The notes under the pieces are model-generated. The model had not been told where the DNA came from. It worked only from the letters and a program-made list of their open reading frames with translations, and made no database searches. A stretch of 63,792 nucleotides of DNA, counting the filler, from Basidiobolus ranarum (Eukaryota), in the NCBI GenBank assembly GCA_040143965.1. It is 2 parts of 2 records of this genome, joined end to end, with 100 filler letters (N's around TTAATTAATTAA, not from the genome) between each part and the next. Parts side by side here need not be neighbours in the genome. Positions count along the whole stretch, not along the records: positions 31,972 to 63,792 come from JASJQH010000087.1; 1 more part is not named here. One strand, given 5' to 3'. Both the position numbers and the translations under genes were made by a program. Shown in pieces: positions 54,010 through 63,792 of this stretch (positions are counted from its first letter, which is position 1; the number at the start of each line of letters is the position of its first letter).

Positions 54010-55583
54010 ATGTCTTTACTTAGTTGCGCTCGCTCATTACGTCCAATGTACTTTCCAAACCAAATGCAGCATAAAATATCGATGTTTGCTCGCAGCTCAG
54101 TTCAGGTATTACCACAACGCTTTTTGTGCCAAAGACCAACGCTTCTTTCGAAAGCTTCTTCTAGCTTATTTTCTCTACGTCATAGAAACCCAGCCATACT
54201 TGCCAAGAATAACCCCTCTTTCTCTCAAGTATTTCATATCTCAACTAGTCGGGACCAGGAAATAACTGAAGAGAAACCCAAAAGAAATATTTACTCCACT
54301 TGGATCGACCATTTGCCAAGTTCAATTGCACCTTATTTTTATTTGACGCGCATTGATAAACCCACTGGGACTTGGCTTCTATACTGGCCTTGCGGTAAAT
54401 ATTGGTTTTCTTTTTGTTCACATGTACAACGTCCTATTCAGACAGCTATCGTTGGAAAATATTCACGAGGTTTTCTATATAGCTTGGAGTATTTCCATGG
54501 CTACTTATGCACATAACTTGCCAGTTCAAGACTCACTTAAAATGATGGCGTTGTTTGGTGTTGGGGCTTTGGTTATGCGTGGTGCCGGATGTACAATCAA
54601 CGACATGTGGGATAAGGACTTTGATAACAAAGTGAGTGTGTTTCCAGATGAATTTTTCCCTTACAAAGATGTATTTGGCTCTAATTTATCTAATTCATAG
54701 GTCGAGCGTACTAAAACCAGACCCCTGGCATCAGGGGATATAACTCAATTCCAAGCTTTATGCTTTCTCGGTTTGCAATTGAGCGCAGGTCTAGGCGTTC
54801 TCACTCAACTTAATATGTATAGGTAACATAATCTAACTCATACTGAGAAGTGCAAGTAAGAACATTGACTTACTTGGATCCTACTGATAGTATCTTGTTG
54901 GGTGCATCCTCCATGGGTCTAGTGATCACTTATCCTCTTATGAAACGAGTTACCTATTGGCCACAAGTAGTGCTCGGTAAATATTTATACTTTCAGAGTT
55001 CGATCACAAGATCCAACTGTTGTTCTGATCTATATGAAATCGATCATCTGTTGACTCTTCTATATAATTCAAGGACTCGCCTTCAACTGGGGGGCTCTAC
55101 TTGGTTGGTCCGCCATGGTAGGTACTAGTGACTGGACAGTCACCCTACCACTCTACGCCTCTGGGGTATATTGGACGCTATTCTACGATACAATCTACGC
55201 ACATCAAGTAGGTATTCAACAACACTAGAATCTCATTCGTCGTACTTACATCCAATGTGAATATTCAGGATAAAAAGGACGATATTCAGGTTGGAATCAA
55301 GAGTACAGCACTTCGATTTGGAGCACAAACACCTGAGTGGTTGACCGGATTCGCTGTTAGCAGTGTAGGCTTACTGGGATTAGCAGGTTATATGAATGGA
55401 CATGGACTTCCATTCTACATGGGACTCTCAGCTGCTGCCGCACATTACGCTTGGCAATTGAAGACTGTGAATTATGATGATACCCGAAGTTGCTGGTCTA
55501 AGTTCTCATCTAATAGATATTTGGGTGGATTGATATTCACTGGTATTTGGGGGGACATCCTATTGCAACAGATCTGCTCATAA
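54010..55583 (+). CDS. COQ2: 4-hydroxybenzoate polyprenyltransferase
   Basis: [40 protein letters not shown] and [19 protein letters not shown] motifs. Confidence 0.95.
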
Positions 55584-55740
55584 ATCATTCATTGAAATCA
55601 TCTTCATTAAAACCATCCCATTTACATATAAACAATAGCCTTCTATTGGTTGAAAAATATCTAAATTTATTAATTAGCTGTACAAAAAAGGGATATTGAT
55701 AAGTTTCTATAATCATGAGAAAAAAGTAACGAGGCAGCAA

Positions 55741-56997
<1,257 letters not shown>

Positions 56998-57872
56998 ACT
57001 TAGAATTAGCTTCGAGTGATTAAAACAAAGTTTATACACAATTAAGGGAATATGACACGATTGTCTGTGTTGGTAAAGCAAAGTAGGGTAACTTGTCAGC
57101 GCGTAACCGAGAGATGCTCAGCTACCACAGTAACAAGACAAGTTGCAGTTTCATAGAAATAGCTTATCATATTTATCGACCATCGATCCCCTCTTAACAT
57201 CGCCAAGAGAACACCAATCAGCAACCTCGTCCCGATATGATTGATCAAAATGCCTTAAACAGCAAACTCATTAGAAGATTGCTTCGTTGTATATATGTAT
57301 GCGATATTTCAAAGTAAATCTAATGCTAAAACCTGATATTCTCAAATAGTATCCGGTTTGAAGATACGTGCTTTTGCTAAAGTTCCAGATCCAATTCTAT
57401 TAGAATAAATTTTCCGAATCAGGCAAACCAGGCATAGAAAATGGATGTAACTTGGTAAAGCTAGTTTGAATGTTTAGCTTCATTAAGTGGTTATTCCATA
57501 AATGATATTTAATCAATCTTTCGGTAGCCTGAGATGTCGATAATATTCCTCAGAATTCCCGTGATTTGTATTTTTCATATAAATAACGTATCTGACCTGG
57601 CCTAACATTTATCAAGTTCATGAGCTGAGTCGAGTCGAGTTGAATCAGGTCATCTCGTGCTTGATTCACTGCATCATAGGTAAGGGGCTCTTTGTACTCA
57701 ACATATCCCCACTTATTGGCCATTTGATACCATCATCAAGTTGTAAGCTTCAAGAGTCAACGAGTGTATATCCTAATGATGCTAACCCTAACCCTTCACT
57801 ACTCGATGCCTCGCTACTCTACCTAGAACTTCAACTATTCTTCTGCTCATCAATTCAATTTGCTTCACTCGT

Positions 57873-57911
57873 TTCATTCATTCATTCATACATACATACA
57901 TACATACATAC
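57873..57911 (+). repeat. compound microsatellite (TTCA)n(TACA)n
   Basis: ttcattcattcattcatacatacatacatacatacatac. Confidence 0.85.
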
Positions 57912-58308
57912 CCGTTAACATAGCCGTGTTTTACATTCATCATCAATGCCCAATCATTAGCTCATCAAAAAGAGACACAGTGACTATATGGATCCACCTG
58001 TTTAGATCAATACAAATCAAGATAAGGTTATATATATATCTCCTATTCATTTTCACATGAAAAGCGTGTATTCGGATTTAGCAGTCTTCACAATCGTTAT
58101 CGTTGGGTAGAGTTGAGGTCTTAACTACAGTCAAATTGTGCGGTTTCTTTGGTTGATCACATAGATAATACATCTGATTGTCTCTCAATATCCTTTTCTT
58201 TTTACCCCCGCATACAAAGTGTGAGAGTCACTCCTCTTTACTAAACCTGTCTTCTTTTCGTGAACCTTTCACAATTCATAGTACTTTATCTTTGAATAGT
58301 TCAGTAGT

Positions 58309-59354
58309 ATGACAGCAAGAACCTCCTCTTCGTTTTCTTCACCCTTCCTCCCAGAAAACTTAAACATTCCCTCTAACCCAATCCCTTCACAAAAGTCTAA
58401 GCCCTCTAGACAAGAGGCTTTACGCTTAGTAGACCAAATATTGGCCGATAACAATTTATACAACATATTGGGTGTAGCAAGTACAGCAACTACAGAGGAA
58501 GTTCGTAGAGCGTATATTTCCAGAAGTAGGGTATGCCATCCCGATAAATTACCTGGTAATTCTAAAGCTACTGAAGCATTTCAAAGTAAGTGAAGCTATC
58601 TCCATGTTTATTCTTATCTTGTAATAACTAAAATTAATTACTTGCTTGTCCTTGATATAGAAATTTCCACTGCATATGAGACCCTATCAAATACTAATAG
58701 TCGGAGAAGTTACGACCATAATGGAACCAAAATAAACAGTCTCAGCAGCGAAGAGACTTTATCTAGCGCACTTTTACAGATATTCAACGAGTTCATGGAG
58801 GGAGACTTTGAGCACTTACTTTCTATCGTTGGTAAGTGATTTCTTCATTCTTTCACCCTGAAAGCAATATTAATCAAGAGAAAATGTAGAATTTATAAAC
58901 ATACAAAATCCTGATCTCAATATTGATAAAGAGAAGGCCAACCAACTATTTGCTCAAGTACGCGAGGTTTTTCTAGGTAAATATTGAACAATGATCATTC
59001 AAAATGGAAATATCCAAATTCACAAAATACTGATTGAATTCTTTAGTCGCTGGAAAATACCTTAATGAGGTGAAATTTGAAGTAATGAAAATTTACGAAA
59101 TTCAAGGAGAACTTCGCTCACTCTCCTATTTTGATGTGTTTGGTCGACTACGTCTTAGCATTCAGCTTAGTAGAATATTCTTCAGCATCCCCGTTAAAAT
59201 GAACAATGCTGTAGCTGATCGACAAATCGTCAATAACCAGCTGTGCAAGCTCTTGAGTGAACTGACAGGTCTGTTGGAGTTCTCCGAACGCACCATAGGG
59301 CGATTTGATGCTTGGGTAGCTAATCGCTGGAGAACCCTACCTCTTAGTAGTTGA
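58309..59354 (+). CDS. DnaJ-domain protein
   Basis: NLYNILGV...RRAY...CHPDK...AFQKISTAYETL...R.YD; 3 introns. Confidence 0.85.
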
Positions 59355-59960
59355 ACCACTGGGAATACTTAGTTACATACAGTCTGTCTTTCACCAACGT
59401 TATATGTTTTCAAGGCTTCAATAGGATAACTGATGTTAAGGTGGTTTATGACATCTATTATAATCATGTACATAGTTTATCGAACCATTATTTCCTTTAT
59501 CTCAACCCCCATACTAAACCCAAAATAACTGATGGTTTCCAAGCGGAAAGCGAATTTCAACAAGCCAACACTAAAACTGAGCCTATCCTACTTGACAATA
59601 TCAATCACTATTGTTTTACATACACTATGTTCCTATTTCGAATTCCCGCTCAATTCATTTGATGTGGTTTGTGTGACTCTTACTCATCTTTCATATTTGA
59701 TGGGAAGCATTGTCTACGATTTTCAACGCTTATTTTTCAACGCTTATTTTTCAACGATTACCGCAAGTAGCTTGAGATCAGTTTAATATTGGGAGTACAG
59801 AATAAGATGCAAATGGATGTTTTATTTACATTCGAGAACATGCATGAAGATACAGTATTTGGGATTGAATGTATTAATAAAATTCTGCTCATAGAGAAAA
59901 TGAAATCTAAGACAGAAGAGAACGTGGAAAATGAACTGATTAAGATAAATTTGAGGCAAT

Positions 59961-60275
59961 TTAGTGGTTCTCAAATCTAGGTTGCATAATCTTGTCCTTG
60001 ACTTGATGCTTTTGAGGTAAGACTGGAGTACGGTTTTGCTCAAGTTGAACGGCTCTTCGTTCGGCCTCGGCGTGAGCTTCAAGTTCTCGCTCGCGTAAGC
60101 ATTTTTGTCGTTGAAGTTGACCATCTTCGTCATCATAATGTGTATCAGAGGAAGCGTCAATTTTCTGGTGATCGTTCTTCTTCAATGGGGCGACGAGTTC
60201 TTTTCCTTCCTTATGCCTTACACCGCCTGCCTTGATAGCTGGGGCATGTCCGGCCTTTAATTCTGTGGAATCCAT
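59961..60275 (-). CDS. death-associated protein 1 (DAP1)-like small protein
   Basis: N-terminal ELKAGHAPAIKAGGVR and C-terminal IMQPR match the animal DAP motifs (KAGHPPAVKAGGMR ... IQQPR); 104 aa. Confidence 0.75.
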   Translation of the reverse strand: MDSTELKAGHAPAIKAGGVRHKEGKELVAPLKKNDHQKIDASSDTHYDDEDGQLQRQKCLRERELEAHAEAERRAVQLEQNRTPVLPQKHQVKDKIMQPRFENH

Positions 60276-60822
60276 GAGATAAATAACTGAGATAATATAC
60301 GTTGCCCATAAACACCAACATCGCTTTTATAAAGATACAAATCATGCACTATCGTCATCTGGTAACATGACGCATGTATAGAACTCTCAGAATGCCATCA
60401 ATCATTGGATGACCATGTTCAATTAATTTGAACTACGGTCCAGGCGAGTGTGGCTGAGAACACCGTAGTTACTCGTGACGTTCAGGCGTAAGTCTTTGTC
60501 TAGACTTCATTGGTAACCCATAAATCAAATTACGCTATTACCATATTAACCATATACTACGATTCAATGGAACTACAGCCACCTTTCCACCAACCAAACA
60601 CTATGACATAGTAGGTCTAATTAGTTGGAAGTTGAGGTGACAGCTTCCGCAATAGTATACATACGTACTCTCCCACTACTTTGGCTATAGATCAAGTATA
60701 TGCCAAATATGGTATCCCAACCTTTAGGTTTTCTTAAGTGCACTTTAACCATTTTTAAACAATAAATCAGCTACTTGGTATAAAATGAATCGAGATGTAC
60801 CCTGGTCTTCTGATAAACATAG

Positions 60823-61594
<772 letters not shown>

Positions 61595-62175
61595 ATCACA
61601 TTGTATGTATTTTTTTTATCAATAAATTGAGCAATTCTAGATAATTAAAAATATGGCATAAAGAAAATTACTATTCAATTTATACATTAAATAAACATTG
61701 GATATGAAAATCACGGTAATTTCACGCAACAACCTGCATAGTTCCTAAAATAAGTCTATTATTACTACCTCAAGTGTGTTTTCAAAGAGCTTAAATACAT
61801 CTCCGATTGACCAATGAATGATGCGAATAATCATGGTGAAATCTTCCAGGAATGATTTTGATTGAACTACATAAAATTGCTACTCCGAGCCGTGATTTCG
61901 AAAATATTTGATGATGGGAACGACTCGTTGAATATAGACATCCATAGAGTGAATTTCATTCCTTCTACTCACTTAGCATTATCAGCCAAGGGAATTACGA
62001 GTAAGTAAAACTCCAAAATATTAGACCTATTTTGTGAACTGGTGCGAAATCGATTTAAGATGGATGGATTTCATTATGGATAGATACATCTTGTATCTCC
62101 TTCACCACTCTAAATTGAACACCTGGTCAATGTATTCTAGTTTCTTCAATGTCTAACTCTACGGTTGCTTTAGAA

Positions 62176-62703
62176 ATGGCCACTACCGAACAACAACCCG
62201 CTGTTGAAGAAGTCGTTGAAGACGTCAAGGTCGAAGAGATCACCAGTGATGTCGAAGAAACTGCCGTTCACAGTCGTACCGAAAAGAAAGCTCGCAAGGC
62301 CATGGCCAAGCTTGGTTTGAAGCCTGTTGATGGTATCAACCGTGTCACTTTCTGCCGCCCCAGAAACATCTTGTTCGTCATTGCTCAACCTGAGGTTTAC
62401 AAGACTGGTGATACCTACGTTGTTCTCGGTGAGTGCAAGATCGAAGATCTTAACGCTGCTGCCAAGGCTGCCGCTGCCCAACAACAAGCTGCTGAACAAG
62501 CTGCCCAACTCGAAGCTGCCGCTCAATCCACTCCCGTTGTTGAAGAGGCTGAGGAGGAGGAAGATGTTGATGAGGAAGGTGTTGAAGCCAAGGATATTGA
62601 ACTTGTTATCCAACAAGCTAATGTCTCCCGTGCTAAGGCTGTCAAGGCTCTCAAGGCTAACAATGGTGATATTGTCAACGCTATCATGGAACTTACCATG
62701 TAA
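62176..62703 (+). CDS. EGD2: nascent polypeptide-associated complex alpha subunit
   Basis: [30 protein letters not shown] domain [28 protein letters not shown]. The ATG at 62149 probably lies in a 5'UTR intron (~62001-62173). Confidence 0.93.
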   Translation: MATTEQQPAVEEVVEDVKVEEITSDVEETAVHSRTEKKARKAMAKLGLKPVDGINRVTFCRPRNILFVIAQPEVYKTGDTYVVLGECKIEDLNAAAKAAAAQQQAAEQAAQLEAAAQSTPVVEEAEEEEDVDEEGVEAKDIELVIQQANVSRAKAVKALKANNGDIVNAIMELTM

Positions 62704-62884
62704 AGTTGTCGTATATTCATATTATACCCAATAGTTCCTGGTTGGTCTTTCATTATTAATAAACTCAAATCTTGGACATCTTTTACATTTATTGTGATTT
62801 CCTCTTAATTGCCGTGCCTTCCTATTTATCTATCTATATGATTGTTCCTGACATTTCGTCTACAATACCGTGAGTGATGTCTGT

Positions 62885-63640
62885 AATACAGGGCAAAAGA
62901 AACTTACTTTGTATCAAATGTTTAGTGTAAGCTTTCTTTGGCTAACATTTTTCTCATTCCGACGCCTCTACTGGGCTCATGATACTTTACATTTCCGGTC
63001 GACCTGTTACCAAGTATTAATATAGTATCATTCCCAAACTTCTCTCGAACATTTCCCAACACTGGCCTTCAACTCTTCTCTTCCTAACTTCTCCACATAC
63101 TGAAACTCCTTCTCTTTTGAAGCAAGAGACTTTGACTTTGTGCCACCGCCACCCTTCTTTTTTGTATCATGGTTCTGCTTTAACACCAATACACCTACAC
63201 CATATGTGTACATCATACCTCTAAACTTCATTGACGTGCTTTTTCCTTGTGGTTTCATTGCCTTTGATGTGAGGTCAATAATAGTTCCCCATACTGCTTC
63301 TTTATCCAAGTGGCTGGTGTTAGAATTCTCCATGATTTGAGTATTCAGAATATATGTATCAATTGTCAGGTACAATGGCATGAAGCTCCTTCTTAATGTA
63401 AAACAGTTGAATGGCTTGTTTTGGAGAGCTTCACACATGCTTGACAGTCTGGCATATGCCTTTAGATGCTTGAGAGGGTTGCTTTTGCAGTCATAATAGA
63501 TTGAGTTTTTTCCAAATAGATAATCTGTTGAATATGAGCCACAAAGACTAAGGATCATATACAAATCATATGAGGAGAGAAATCTTTAGATATATCTTCA
63601 ATATTTCTTGATGAAATAACCAAGCTTGACCTTCTTTATG
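62885..63640 (-). mobile_element. decayed, internally deleted Fanzor1 (TnpB-derived) gene remnant
   Basis: IYYDCKSNPLKH, FNCF.LRRSF.P.YLTIDT, KFRGMMYT.GVGV.VLK, EFQYVEKL..VGKC. After a frame jump: REKFGNDTILILGNRSTGNVKYHEPSRGVGMRKMLAKE, then YKVSFFCP. Confidence 0.8.
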
Positions 63641-63792
63641 TTGAAATTAGCATTGCCTAAACACCTATATAGTCATATATAGCTTAGTACTTAGTTATCT
63701 TATAATGAACTAAGATATTATCAATTATTCTCAATCGGAATTTACTTAGAATATTTTTACCAACTTAGAAGTTCTCAGATATATAGATTTTT
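63641..63792 (-). repeat. third (inverted, truncated by window edge) copy of the 28.2 kb repeat unit
   Basis: Reverse complement AAAAATCTATATATCTGAGAACTTC...GATATC/AATATCTTAGTTCA...ACTAAGCTATATATGACTATATAGGTGTTTAGGC...AATTTCAA aligns by eye to 28295-28446. Confidence 0.9.

Noticed and set aside
57782-57795. Telomeric repeat CTAACCCTAACCCT
   Set aside because: Only about two units; could arise by chance.
62170-62768. Antisense and alternative-frame ORFs over NAC-alpha (similarly over PDX1, ARH1 and the permease)
   Set aside because: Shadow ORFs produced by codon bias of the real gene.

Overview
AT-rich, gene-dense genomic DNA from an early-diverging fungus (Basidiobolus/Zoopagomycota- or Mucoromycota-like; this is an inference from short GT-AG introns, minor-spliceosome introns, a secreted tyrosinase, DUF4436 and a Fanzor remnant). 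The window is two sequences joined by an N-gap containing the six-frame-stop linker TTAATTAATTAA (31872-31970). It holds about 24 protein-coding genes: bHLH and bZIP transcription factors, DUF4436 protein, amino-acid permease, PQ-loop protein, eIF3f, tyrosinase, ERI1, EDC3, NDUFB2, PDH protein X, Hook, ARH1, SPP2, VPS9, RIX1, 2-hydroxyacid dehydrogenase, a small secreted protein, RRP17, COQ2, NMNAT, a DnaJ protein, a DAP1-like protein, Ub-RPS31 and NAC-alpha. Most notable: (1) an internally deleted, decayed Fanzor1 (eukaryotic TnpB-like RNA-guided nuclease) at the right end, fused to a ~277 bp repeat unit that also occurs as a tandem pair at 28.2-28.7 kb; (2) two U12-type introns, AT-AC in VPS9 and GT-AG in Hook; (3) a DAP1-like candidate ribosome-hibernation factor; (4) an E3BP with a full E2-like C-terminal domain plus a fungal M3-like insert; (5) a CREB-like bZIP gene with a candidate uORF and clustered bZIP sites upstream. 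Gene models were built by eye and exon boundaries are unverified by RNA data.
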